A stretch of 64,000 nt of DNA from Candidatus Marinacidobacterales bacterium. GTDB lineage: Bacteria > Acidobacteriota > Vicinamibacteria > Marinacidobacterales > DATDRI01. A program made the position numbers and the translations under genes. This document shows positions 23,005 to 34,639 of this stretch, one piece after another. Every line of letters begins with the position of its first letter. Position 1 is the first letter of the stretch. The stretch lies in contig CBDCNP010000002.1 of NCBI GenBank assembly GCA_965219415.1, positions 1,440,001-1,504,000 on the forward strand, read 5' to 3'. The notes under the pieces were generated by a model. The model had not been told where the DNA came from. It ran no database searches and saw only the letters and a list, made by a program, of their open reading frames with translations.

Positions 23005-25077
23005 TTGCCACGACTGGTCACATCCCTTCTTCCTGCCTTTGTTCTCCTGCTCGCTGCCGTGGCGATCGGTACGATGGCGGGTACACCGAGTGTGACGCTT
23101 CATCCGAACGACCTGTGGGGTCATGAGGGCTTCTACCCTACAGAGACTGAGGGGACGGTTGGTTTTCGATGGAGTCGGCCGCGCGCCGTCATCCATTTTC
23201 GCGGTATCGATCGCGCGCGCGGCGTACGGCTAGAGCTCGACGTCCGAGGATGGCGCCCGCCCAATATCCGGCCCCCCCGCCTGGTCATCGAGACCGATCA
23301 ACACGAGATCTGGAATAGGGATATGGAGGAGGATTGGGAAACAGTAAAGATTGGAACCGGACCCGAGGCCGGCGATCACTTGGATCTACTTCTGGATAGC
23401 GATCCCTTTCAGCCCTCGGCTCACCTCGCGGCTTCCGATGACCGCAGGGTCTTGGGTCTGCAGCTACGCAAGGTCCGGATCGAAGTCCCCACGCGGCGCT
23501 CGCTCTGGATAGCTCTTTCAGCCGCTGCCGCCGGAGTGGGCTGGCTCATTCTCGGTTTGGCCCGCGTCGCGACGCCAGTCCGATTTTGCTGGTCTCTCGC
23601 CGCGGTGACCGCGACGATATGGATCGGCCTACATACCGTGCGGCCTTACATTTTCGACGCTCTTCCAGCATGGAGCGTTCCGTTCCTTCGCGTTTTCGTA
23701 CTCGGACTGATCATCGCGCCGCCCTTGCTAATCCCTCGACTTGCTGCGCGCGGTCGCAAGCTGCCGAGATGGGCGGTCGCCGCGACGTTGGCAGGAAGCA
23801 TCTTCACCGTCTACGCACCGGCACTTGCGGGCGGTTTTTTCTGGGATGACTTCGATTTCGCCCGCCCCATCACGCTCGGCGAGTGGCTCTTCACCTTTTA
23901 CGGCACTTGGAATTGGACCGGTATTGGAAACGACTATTATCGCCCGCTTGTCGTGACGCTCTTTCAGATCGACTATCATCTCTACGGCTTGCGCCCAGCA
24001 GGCTTCCACCTGACCAACATCCTTCTCCATATCCTGAACTCGACTCTGGTTGCCTGGTTCTTGGCCCATTGGGTGCGAAGGAGATGGGCGCTCGCCGGAG
24101 CGGCGTTCTTCGCCCTTCATCCCATGGCCGCCACCGGCTTGGCTTGGATCAGCGAGCGCACCGACGTCCTGGCCACAACGTTCTTGCTGCTGGCCCTTTT
24201 GGCGGTGTCACGCTACTCGCGTCCTGGCGGGGCTTCGGGGCTCGCCCCAGTCGGAGCTGGTTACGCGGGAGCACTTGCGTCGAAAGAGGTCGCCATCACG
24301 TTTCCCGCGGTGGCACTTGCCTACGCCGCTTGCCGGCGACGCTTCAATCGCAAGAGCATCCGGATGTTGATGTTCCTCGCCGGGATGAGTGCCATCTATG
24401 CCATCGGCTGGGTCGTTCTCTTCCACGAAAAGCTGGGCGCCGTCAACATCACGACCGTCGCTTCTGAGAGATCTTTCCTTCAGTTTTGGCACTCTTTGCT
24501 GCGCCTTCTGACCTTTGCGTTCATCCCGACCTATTACCCGTCCTATGACTTCGACTTCCTTGGCGGGGAGTCGTTGACGTATTTGTATGTTGGTAGCGCA
24601 TTCTTCCTTGCGTTGGGGCTGGTGCTCCTTGTCCGCGGGCGAGCCCGAGAAAGATGGCTTTTCGTCTTCGCAACGGTGTGGCTAATCGTCACCGTCATTC
24701 CTCTCTTCAACATCCGCTACCCCGACTACATTCGCCTGGGCTATCTCCCGGCGGTGGCTTGCGGCTTGGCGGCGGCAGCCGTCTTTGCTTTCGCCTCTCG
24801 CCACTGGAATCGTGCCGGAGAATGGCTCGCCGTCCTCCTTCTCCTCGGCTCGGCGGCCCGGATGGCCCCTGCCGATCAACGCATCATCGAAGATTGGGCC
24901 CACTGGGGCCGAATTGCCCAAATGATCAATCGCGACAAAGCCACTAATCAGAAGTGGCTCGAGCGTATCGGGCCGGAACGCCGTGCTATCTTCTGGGCGC
25001 AGCTTGAGCGCCATCGCGCGGAAAAAGAGCACGTGGGGCAGCTCCTCGCCGGACGGGACGACCGCGGAGCCCCATAA
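23005..25077 (+). CDS. GT-C membrane glycosyltransferase (PMT/TMTC-like) with N-terminal beta domain
   Basis: FFWDDF, YYRPL, FHLTNILLH, FALHP...WISER.D and SKE motifs. Confidence 0.8.
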   Translation: MPRLVTSLLPAFVLLLAAVAIGTMAGTPSVTLHPNDLWGHEGFYPTETEGTVGFRWSRPRAVIHFRGIDRARGVRLELDVRGWRPPNIRPPRLVIETDQHEIWNRDMEEDWETVKIGTGPEAGDHLDLLLDSDPFQPSAHLAASDDRRVLGLQLRKVRIEVPTRRSLWIALSAAAAGVGWLILGLARVATPVRFCWSLAAVTATIWIGLHTVRPYIFDALPAWSVPFLRVFVLGLIIAPPLLIPRLAARGRKLPRWAVAATLAGSIFTVYAPALAGGFFWDDFDFARPITLGEWLFTFYGTWNWTGIGNDYYRPLVVTLFQIDYHLYGLRPAGFHLTNILLHILNSTLVAWFLAHWVRRRWALAGAAFFALHPMAATGLAWISERTDVLATTFLLLALLAVSRYSRPGGASGLAPVGAGYAGALASKEVAITFPAVALAYAACRRRFNRKSIRMLMFLAGMSAIYAIGWVVLFHEKLGAVNITTVASERSFLQFWHSLLRLLTFAFIPTYYPSYDFDFLGGESLTYLYVGSAFFLALGLVLLVRGRARERWLFVFATVWLIVTVIPLFNIRYPDYIRLGYLPAVACGLAAAAVFAFASRHWNRAGEWLAVLLLLGSAARMAPADQRIIEDWAHWGRIAQMINRDKATNQKWLERIGPERRAIFWAQLERHRAEKEHVGQLLAGRDDRGAP

Positions 25078-25165
25078 ACCCCACGGCTTGCGTTTCAATC
25101 GTGGGCCGGACTATTCTGGTCGCTCGGCAGGACGACACGAAATCCCGGCACCACACCGACGAAGT

Positions 25166-26580
25166 ATGACCGCACCCGACCCTGAGCCGTCATTTTCAGC
25201 TACCCTCGCCGGGCGGAGGCTTTCGCACGTCGTTGTCGCACTTTCGGCCTTCGTCTCTGCTGCCGGCGCCTGTACCGATGGTCGCGGTGGCCCCGATGAG
25301 CCTAGACCGCAGCCCAATCTCGTCCTCGTCACCGTCGATACGCTGCGAGCCGATCATCTCAGCTGTTACGGTCACTATCGTCCGACCTCACCTCGCATCG
25401 ATCGCCTCGCGGCATCGGGACTGGTTTTCGAGCGAGCGATATCTTCGGCTCCGTGGACGCTCCCAAGCATTGCCTCGATTCACACGTCTCTCTATCCCAG
25501 TGAACACGGAGCCACCGGTGCACAGCTGCCCTTAAGAAACGAGCTGACGCCCCTTGCGGAATCTTTGCAGGACGTCGGGTACGACACCACCGCCGTTGTC
25601 ACTCATGCATTCGTCGGTCGACGCTACAACTTCGATCAAGGCTTTGCGACGTTCGACGACACGCTCGTTCAGGGGCACGATGCCGTCACCTCACCGGAGG
25701 TGACGAGGACGGCGATGAAATATCTCCGCAGGAAAGCGAAGGAACCTTTTTTCCTATGGATTCACTATTTCGATCCGCACCTAACCTATGTCCGTCATCC
25801 GGAGTTTCGCTTCGTGCATGGCACCCCCAAGCGCGCACCCGATCGCCTCCGTGCGGGTGAGCTCCGAAGAGCCGCGGAAGCCCTGGCAGACGACACCGTT
25901 CCCGATCCTTTCTCGCTGAACACAATCACCGCGGTTTACGACGAGGAGATAGCATTTACCGATGAGTCCATCGGCCGCCTCTTCAGAGCGATTGGAAACT
26001 TGCCGCTGAGGCGACCGACGATCGCCGCGTTGACCGCCGATCATGGCGAGTACTTCATGGAGCGAGGCCGATTCGGCCACGGCAGAGACATCTATGACGA
26101 GCTCGTCCACGTCCCACTGATCATGTGGGGAGACATCGACGACGAGCTCCGGGGAGGGCGTTACTCCGAAACGGTAGAACCCGCCAGCCTGGCCCACACC
26201 TTTGCCCGACTGGCCCAGGTCGACACCAACCCGTTCAAAGGGGAGGACCTGCTGACGCTCGCCGCGGAAGACCGTGCCGGTCGACCGATTTTCAGTGAAG
26301 GCAGCTTCGCCTGGGGCACGAAAGATCGGAAAATCATGGTGGAGTGGGAACGGCGTAAGCTCATCTACAACCTCGATGACTCACGATTCGAGCTTTACGA
26401 CCTGAAGCGAGACCCCGGGGAACGGGAGGATCTCTGGGAGCGCAGGAAAGACTCGGCAGAAGTCGGTAGGCTCCGGGAAGCGCTCGATCAGTTCCGGGAA
26501 AGACACGCCGTGAGCGCCCCGAACATCGTCCTTTCACCAGAGGAAATCGAACGCCTCGAATCCCTGGGTTACGTGCATGA
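25166..26580 (+). CDS. Lipoprotein, sulfatase-fold with Thr nucleophile; stop codon apparently lost by a 1-nt indel
   Basis: SAAGAC; VDTLRADH; APWTLPSI; ADHGE; ELYDL..DPGE; tail ERLESLGYV, then read-through into the next gene. Confidence 0.8.
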
Positions 26581-27906
26581 GGAGGTTTCACGTAGGCCTG
26601 CTGGCGCTCGGGGTCCTCGCGTTCGCCGTTTCTTGCGCCGAGGCCCCGGAGCAACAACCCGTCAATATTCTGCTGATCTCAGTCGACTCGTTGCGGGCCG
26701 ATCACGTCCACTCCTACGACTATCCGAGGGAAACGACACCTACTTTGGACCGCCTGGCGCAGGAAGGAACGCTTTTCGAGAACGTGATTGCGGAAAGCTC
26801 GTGGACCTTGCCCACGCACATAACGATGCTCACCGGGTTGCCTGCTCAGACCCACGGTGTCGAGTATTTCTCGGGCTCGACGCTCAGCGCTGAATACACG
26901 ACCCTCGCCCAAGAACTGAGCGAACGAGGCTATCGCACCTACGGGATGTTCAGCGGGCCCTACCTGCATCCGATCTTCGGATTCGGCCGCGGATTCGATA
27001 CCTACGAGAGCGCGATGGGTAAGACCGTCTACGACGAGGCGGATTTCGATCCCGCTATTCTGGGAACCGACGGTAGAGTCAAAAAGACGAACTTCATGTC
27101 GCACCGCATCGTCACCAGCCACCTCATCACCGAAAAGGCCATTGAGTTCCTGGGCACGGTGTCCGACCAGCGTTTCTTTCTTTTCCTTCATTACTTCGAC
27201 GTGCATTTCGACTACATGGCTCCGGAAGAGCTCTGGCGAAAATTCGACCCTGATTATTATGGGACGATGACCGGCGAAAACTTTCAAGAGAACAAAGCGA
27301 TCAACGCTCATATGGATCCGAGAGACCTCGAGCATTTGATCGCCTTGTACGACGCGGAGATCCTCTATACTGATCGCGAGATCGGATACTTGATCGACGC
27401 GCTGGACCGTAACGGCCTGAGCGAGAACACGCTCATCGTAGTGACGTCGGACCACGGTGTGGAGTTCTTCGAGCATGGAAACAAGGGTCATTACCGCACG
27501 CTCTTCGACGAAGTTCTCAGGATTCCTATGATCGTGAGGCTCCCAGGACGAGTACAGGCAGGAGTCCGCGTTTCGGAGCAAGTGGGCCATCTCGACGTCC
27601 TACCGAACCCTTCTTTCCTTCGCTGGAATCGAGCCGGGTGACCTGTTGAACGAAGTCGGGGGAAGGAACCTGGTAGACATCCTCGAGGGCAAGGCTTCTC
27701 TCCCACGTGCCGCGGCGATCTCGAGTTTACGACGAAGCGGTTACTGGGCTTCGCTTCGCACCCCGCACTTCAAGTACATAGTGAATCGTGACGCCGACAC
27801 CGAGACCGAGTTACTGTTCGATCTCGGCAACGACGCGGGGGAACAGAGACCTCTGCAAGGGAAAGACGAAGGAACCTTGAGCCCGGGGGCGCGCCAGAAA
27901 ATTTGA
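26577..27906 (+). pseudogene. Lipoprotein, sulfatase-fold with Thr nucleophile; frameshift near 27605, C-terminus truncated
   Basis: FAVSC; VDSLRADH; SSWTLPTH; SDHG; LLFDLGNDAGE in a later frame. Confidence 0.85.
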
Positions 27907-27911
27907 TGACC

Positions 27912-28896
27912 TTGAAGATCGACCAAGGAGACCGGCGCGCTGTAACGACCGGGCTGCACGCCGGGTCCCCAGATCAGAAGCGGGATCCGCAGGAGCTCTT
28001 GATACATGCTGTGCCCGTGCTCGAAGTCTCCATGATCGAAAAGCTCTTCGCCGTGATCGGAGGTCAAGACGATCACCAAACGATCGAAGAGACCCGTTTC
28101 TTCGAGCGCCGCGAATAAACGCCCGAGCCTCCTGGTCCACGTAGGCAATCTCCTCGTCGTAGGCTGCGGTGATGAAGTGGCGTTCGCTGTCTGCAATGGT
28201 GTGCACCCGCTTCCGAATCTTGCGCGGCTCGACGACTGGCAACTCGAACCCAGAGGAGGAACCAGACGTGAAGCGCCCGCGCACCGGCGCAGGCGCATCG
28301 TAGGTCATGTGGGGATCCAAGATGTGCATCATGAAAAAGAATGGACTCTCTGAGCTTTCGGCAATCCAGCTCAGGGAACGATCGACGACCTCCCCGGCGC
28401 GCCGATGCTCTTGTTCACCCGGACGTTGGTAGTCGTAGGTATCGAAACCCCGCTCCAAACCGATACCGCGAGGAAGCCAAGGATTGTTAATGATCGCCCC
28501 AGTGGCGAAACCCGCCTCGGAGAGGACTCCGGGAAGCGTCGGCAGGGTGTCGTTCAAGCGGCTGGAGACGGTCCAATTGGACTCCCGCACACGGCTCCCG
28601 GCGGAGTGCCGCGCTGGAAGTTCCCCGGTCAGCATCGATCCGAACGAAGGCAGCGTCCAAGGAGATGTCGTAAAGGCCCGCTCGAAGACCGCCGCGTGCT
28701 CGGCCCACTCGTCTAGATGGGGCGAGGTGGGTCGCTGGTACCCGTATGCGCCGAGGTGATCGGGACGCAACGCATCTACCACAATCAACAATACGCCATC
28801 GGGAGCTTTTGGAGCCTCTAGGGCCTCCGGAGGATGCCCGGCGCATCCGAGGAACGCGTGAGCGATCAAGAGAACGCACAGAAACCGGACGCTCAT
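27912..28896 (-). pseudogene. Lipoprotein, sulfatase-fold with Thr nucleophile; frameshift near 28130, C-terminal part deleted
   Basis: AFLGC; VDALRPDH; SPWTLPSF; SDHGEE; ends at PVSLVDL. Confidence 0.85.
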
Positions 28897-28898
28897 GC

Positions 28899-30163
28899 TC
28901 ACTGGACCTGGGCCCACAAACGGGGGTTCAGAAAATCGGGCGCGATCCTGGTCATGCGATATATCGTAGCCCTCTTGCTCCGCCTTTTCGGCCTTTCATA
29001 GATATCCGGGTTGTAGAAATCCCAAACGATCGTCCCCTCACGTGTGATTTCGAAAGCACGACCCCGGTGTGATTCGGCGACTAGGATGTTTCCGTTGGGT
29101 AGTTTCTGGATGCCTCCCCTCAACGCGGTGAAGAAAGACTTGGGTGGATCGCCCTTGTACTCCCATACGATCTCCGCCGTAGTCGGGTCGAACTCGATAA
29201 CCCGAGAGTATTTGCGCTGTGTTCCCGTTGTCGAAGATGAGGAGGTTCCCGCTCTCCAGGAGAACCGGCTGGTGAGGCCAGTCGAGATCGTTTTCCCCCC
29301 AACTCCATACAACCTTTTCTGCCTCCAGATCGATTACCGCGATCCTGTTGAGGCTCCGGACGGCGACCAATACGCGCCCCTCCCCGAAGAATTCATTTTG
29401 TGTCCGGGCGGTGATGGAAAGAGTGTTGACGTGAAAGACGTCGACCGCACCTCCTTCGAAACGCAGGCCCTCGCCCACCCTGCCGTCCGTTTCGACGAAC
29501 CTCGCGATCTTCTCGAAGTTCAGCAAATGGCGGAACAAAGTGAGCAACGCGATTCTACGTTTCGTTCGTCCATCCGGTGACAGGATCAAGATGAATTCGT
29601 TTCGAATCGGAATGGCGGTTCCATCGTAATCAACCGACTGGTCCTCTCCCGTCAGCACATAGAGGTCGCCGTTTTCAGCGATGTCGACATCGTGATGGGC
29701 CTCGACATCCCTCTCCCAGATGACATTGGAATCCCAATCCAGCCGCAGGAACTTCCGCGGCCCTTCGCTAAGCACCAATAGGTCACCGTTCGACAGCAAC
29801 CGTACGTGCCCCCATTCCTTGCCGGTGTCCAGCGACCACTCATGCAAAACCTCTCCGTTCATGTCCATGAGGGTCGCTCGGCCTGGGGAGAGAATTGAAG
29901 AGATTGAGACCTGGAGAGGCTCGGCGTGGGTCATGGCTCACGACACCGGCTCTACCTTCGTGCTCGAGTGGGCTCCAAGACGTGTAGGTGAGAGACTGCA
30001 GGTCTTCGATAAGTTTCTCCGGAGCGACTGTCTCCGGCGGGTCGTCGACGTTCTTTTCTACGATACACGACACCACGAAACTCGCGAGTAGCAACGCGAT
30101 CGCGAATTGATACGCCGCCGGGCTGTATGATCTCGTTCGAATTGCGCTTCGCCAAAGCATCAT
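28899..30163 (-). pseudogene. Lipoprotein arylsulfotransferase (ASST)-like beta-propeller, two frameshifts
   Basis: FVVSC; AHHD, FHVN, AVRS, PHQP and FDNG match ASST catalytic His/Asn/Arg positions; LPNGNIL repeats; three frames. Confidence 0.8.
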
Positions 30164-30223
30164 CCAGAAGGATAAAGTCTCGCCGATTCAGAGGCAACAA
30201 CCCCCATGACGCTCAGCGAACTG

Positions 30224-30252
30224 TTGACCTCCATCTTTCATTTCATTAGCGT
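30224..30252 (+). promoter_or_regulatory. Putative sigma70 promoter
   Basis: TTGACC-17 bp-TAGCGT ending 9 nt before the ATG at 30262. Confidence 0.4.
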
Positions 30253-30261
30253 AGACTCCAC

Positions 30262-33252
30262 ATGGGCAACCGAAAGACGATCCTCGGCGTGGCTCTTCTC
30301 GCCGCTCTGCCCTGGCTCTGTTTCTGGGAGGTGTTGCGAGGAGATCTCCTCTTGCCAACCGATTGGCTCCACCAAGATCTGGAGCCTTCGACGTTGTTTC
30401 GGCCCGCGCCGCGAAGGAGGGGCGCATCGCTCTTTGGAACCCCTACGCCGGAGGAGGCATTCCCCACCTGGCTGCCGGTTTCAGCCGTATGCTCTATCCG
30501 CTTTTTTGGATTTATGCCGTCCTCGATACCGAGCTTGCACACAACATGGAAATCCTGCTTCATCTTTTCCTGGCGCAGCTCTTCGCCTTTTTGTTCCTGC
30601 GCCGTCTTGGCTTGAGTCTCACCGGCTCCATACTCGGCGGCATCGTTTACGGATTCACACCCAGCATCACGCACCGCGCCGAGATTTCGTTCATCTTGCC
30701 CTCGCTCGTCTGGTTCCCTCTCCTACTTACGTTCGTCGAAGAGCTTGTGACCACCGGCCGACCACGCTCGTACATCGGTCTCGCGGTTGCGGTGTCGTTT
30801 CAAATGCTCGCCGGTCACTATCCGGATATCTTCATGAACATCCTAGGCGCCACGATCTACGGGGCGGCTCGCTTGCTCACTCTCCCAAACCTGGCGGTTC
30901 GACTCCGCCGCGGCACGCTGGCGATGGGGGCTGCTATCCTGGGAGCATCCCTAGCCGCACCGTTTCTGTTTCCCTCTTTGGAGTTCTTGACTCGCGCAAA
31001 CCGTGCCGTCGCCAACGCGACGGAGCTCGCCGCGACGGGGCTGGGCCCGGAAGTCTTTCTCACCCTTTTTTCTCCGGATATCCAACGAAGCCAGCTCTAC
31101 CTAGGCCTGCTGCCGCTCCTCTTCGTGCCCGCCGCATTTCGCCGGATCCCGAGAGGCCCTTCGATTGCGCTCCTTGCGACCGTCGTCGTAGGAATCGGAC
31201 TCTCGACCGGAAGTCCCCTATTCACACTGCTCCACTCGCTCGTCCCAGGAGTCGAGCGGCTGCGGTATCTGAACACGCATGTCGCACTGGCGGCGTTCAG
31301 CTTGGCGCTCTTGGCCGGCATCGGCATATCGGCGAGCCTGAACACTCGAATGCGATTGGAGCGCATGCTCGCACTTCTCTTGATCGGGGCCAGTGTGACG
31401 GTTGCGGTGATCGCCTGGCTTTCGGGACGGGAGGACGTCCTCACCCTCTTTCGCCTACCCCTTGGCTTGGCGCTCCTCGGACTCGCGCTGCTTGGAATGG
31501 AGCTCAAGGCTCGGAGGAGAATCGCCGTGACGACTTTCGCTGCCATCGCGGGAACCATCATCGTCGTCGATCTGTTTTCCTACGCCCGCGCCTTCAACCC
31601 TCGCGTCGCCACGTTGCTCGGAAACTACCACAGCCCTTTTTGGCCCAATACCCTGGGAGCCTACGAGATTCAGGACGTCGGAGCCTACCACTCCCTGCTG
31701 CCAAAGAACTCTAGGAAGCTACATCGACCGCATACGCCGGTACTCACGCGGCTCCTCTGGCGAGGCGCTCCTGGAAGTCAACGACGCCCCGGGTAACTGG
31801 GCCTGGCTCGCGTCCTTTCGCCCCAGTCACTTCTTGCGCAATTGGAACATCAAATACTTCGTCTTGCCCGCAGGATGGCCGAATCCAGACCCGGTCCACC
31901 TCGAGCTTGTTTATGACGACGAAGTGCGTCTCTTTCTTTACCGAACGCGAATGCCGCGTGCTTGGTTGGCGGAACGAGCCATGGTCCTTCCAGGGGAGAG
32001 AGGTATCAACGCAAGGCTTCTCGATCCAAGACTGAGTCCCGGCCGCACCGTTTTGTTGAGCACCGAGCCTGCCTGCTATTTTCCGGAACCGTCAGGAGCC
32101 CCCGCCGAGACCCACGAGTCACCCTTCGCGACGATCCTGGACTACCGTGCGGAGCGCATGGTCGTCGAGACACGATCGGCCAGACCTTCCTACCTCGTGA
32201 TGTCAGAAAGCTTCGACCCAGGCTGGCACGCGCGGGTCGACGGCAAGGAAGCGGCCGTCCTTGAAGCCAATCTCTACTTCCGGGCCGTGCCTTTGACCGC
32301 CGGATCGCACCGGGTCGAGCTCTTCTACCGGCCGGCGTCTTACATCTGGGGCTGGCGGGTCTTCGGGCTTTCGCTTATCGTCGTCGTCTTCGCGGGCTGG
32401 CTCTTACGGACCGACCTCTCCGAAACTTGGATCACTGCGCTCCTAGTGATGGCGAGCGTCGCACCGCCGCTTATCGGATTATTCGGTTGGCGGAGCGCGC
32501 GGGAAATCATCGACCCCGAACGCTGCGGCCAGCTTCGCGTGGCCGAACGTCTCCCCTCACCCAACGTCTCATCGCGTCGACTCGGTCCACTCGCCATCGA
32601 GGCATTCGATGTCGCGCCACCCTCGGAGATCACTTGGCAGATAGGCAGTTCGCCAAGCCGGCCAAACCGTTTGGTCCGCCTCTTTGCCGCGGCCCAAGAC
32701 CGCACCGTCGAGACTCGAATCGCCGCCCTCGAGGTGGGCGCGGATCCGATTTCCCTATCCGACGTGAGACCCTCCCGACAGCGCGAACGTTGGGTAGCCG
32801 TGGAAGCCCCCGTGCCCTCGGAAACGGAGAAGCTCCTTCTGGAAGTGAAGGCCGGATCGCCGAGCACGGCATCCTGGGGGAATCCTATGATCCTCGAGCC
32901 GCGGGCTCGGCAAACGAGCAAGGTATGCTTTGTCATGCCGGAGACGACGCGCGGTGCAGGGCTACTATCGGACCGTGCCGACGATCGCGTCAGAGTTCTC
33001 CTGACCTTGGAAACCGCGGCCGCCCAGGACGGCTTCGACGAGGTCCACTTTGCTTCGGACCAGGCGGACTTCAGCACCAGAATGCTGTCGCTCGCACGAA
33101 CGCTCTACCGAAGAGGCACCTTTTTGGTCCTAGAGTCGGCTGACAGCGCGTTTACGCGGCGTCAGAATCTGCTGGAAAGGGAGCTGCGGCGACTGGACTT
33201 GGGAGATCACGTCGTCGTCGAAACCTGCCGGAGGCGCAAGAACGGCTCATGA
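30262..33252 (+). pseudogene. YfhO-like GT-C membrane protein with a C-terminal beta domain and degenerate sulfatase-like module; frameshifted
   Basis: LWNPYAGGGIP..A, LAGH, YLG, and SESFDPGWHARVDG...ANLYFRAVPLTAGSHRVELFYRP; breaks near 30400 and 31710-31800. Confidence 0.8.
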
Positions 33253-34635
33253 CCGGCCGGCTCACGATCGTCTTTGCCGTAGTCCTACTCTCGAGTTGCG
33301 CGGGCCCCCCGGAGAGGCTCGTGACGCACCAGCGGCTGCTGGACATGAGCGAGGCGACCGAGCATCGCTCGGGCTCGCTCCAGAACGTCGTCGTGCGCAG
33401 CAACTCACCTTACGAGGTACGAGACGCGACCATCCACGGCGATCGTCGACCGTCGCTGGTGCTCGAGACACCCGCCAAGGTGTCTTTTCGAAGCGAGGTT
33501 CCTCGTCGCGGAGAGTTTCGCTTCGGGCTCGCTGTACGTCAGCCGGAGGTCCCGGTGGAGGTCGAGTTTTCGGTGGTGGATGGCGAAGTCATCCATCATG
33601 AGGTTTGGCAAGAAGAAAGAGACTGGGTCGAGCGCCGCATCAACCTCGGCCGCTTCGCGGGGCGGAACCTCGAGCTCGAGCTTTCCGTTGACGGTCCACA
33701 AGCGATGGTGATTCTGGGAAGCCCCGAGGTCGTGGGGGTGGCGACGCGGGCGGAGGCCAGGAGGCCCAATGTCGTGGTCTACGTGGTCGACTGCCTGAGA
33801 GCCGACCACGTCGGGGCCTACGGATACCCGCTTCCCACGACTCCGACACTCGATGCGCTCGCGAGTGACGGCGTGGTCCTCGAAGAGCTCATGTCGTGCG
33901 CCCCTTGGACCAAACCGTCTACCGGTTGTCTTATTCACTTCACTGTTTCCGATGTACCACCAAGCGCGCACCATCGACGACGCGCTGCCCTATGAGCACC
34001 TGACCCTCGCGGAAGCATTTCGGCAGTCCGGCTATGCGACCGCGGCCTGGGTTGCTAATCCAGTCATCAAGCCCCGCGTTTTCTTCTTCAACCAGGGGTT
34101 CGATCGGTGGGTGGATCTTCGGACGTTCAAGGCACGCTCCGCGGGGCAACACATCAATGCCCTCGAGAGTGACGCGGCCGACCTAACCAACGGTGTCCTT
34201 CCATGGCTAGAGGAGAACCGGCGCCGGAGTTTCTTCCTATATCTGCACTCTCTCGATCTCCACTTCGGCTATCGACCTCGACCTCCCTTCGATGAAATTT
34301 TCGTGAAGACCGCTGAAAAAGGGCTCGCTCGGGATCGAGAGCTCTATGACAAACGAGCTCGCCTACAATGACCGCGAGATAGGTAGTTTGGTCGAGGCGT
34401 TGAAGACCCTCGAGTTGTACGATGACACTCTACTGCTCGTCACCGCCGATCATGGGGAAGAATTTGGCGAACACGAGTTCACGCGGCACGGCAAAACTCT
34501 CTTCCGCGAGGCGCTTCACATTCCCGGTATTCTGAAGTTGCCGCATTCTGAGAGGGCGGGTGTGCGGATCCCCTCGCTGGTCGGCAATATCGACTTGGCA
34601 CCCAGTTTGTTAGCGCTAGCTGGGTTGCCGGTTAC
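33249..34635 (+). pseudogene. Lipoprotein, sulfatase-fold with Thr nucleophile and N-terminal beta domain; two frameshifts, truncated
   Basis: LLSSC; VDCLRADH; APWTKPS; ADHGEEF; homology ends at LLALAGLPV. Confidence 0.85.
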
Positions 34636-34639
34636 ACCG

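Noticed and set aside
26580-26893. Real C-terminal extension of the 25166 protein
   Set aside because: Follows the terminal LGY motif and overlaps the next gene; best explained by a lost stop.
33890-33925. CAPWTKPS as a Cys-type sulfatase motif
   Set aside because: Alignment with the four paralogs puts Thr, not this Cys, at the nucleophile position, and no Arg follows.
1950-34620. Deletion junctions appearing to fall at CTAG (1952, 12417, 18498, 20124, 21285, 34616)
   Set aside because: CTAG is frequent throughout the window. At 21285 and 34616 homology continues through the site, 20124 is better explained by GATCC microhomology, and other joins lack CTAG.
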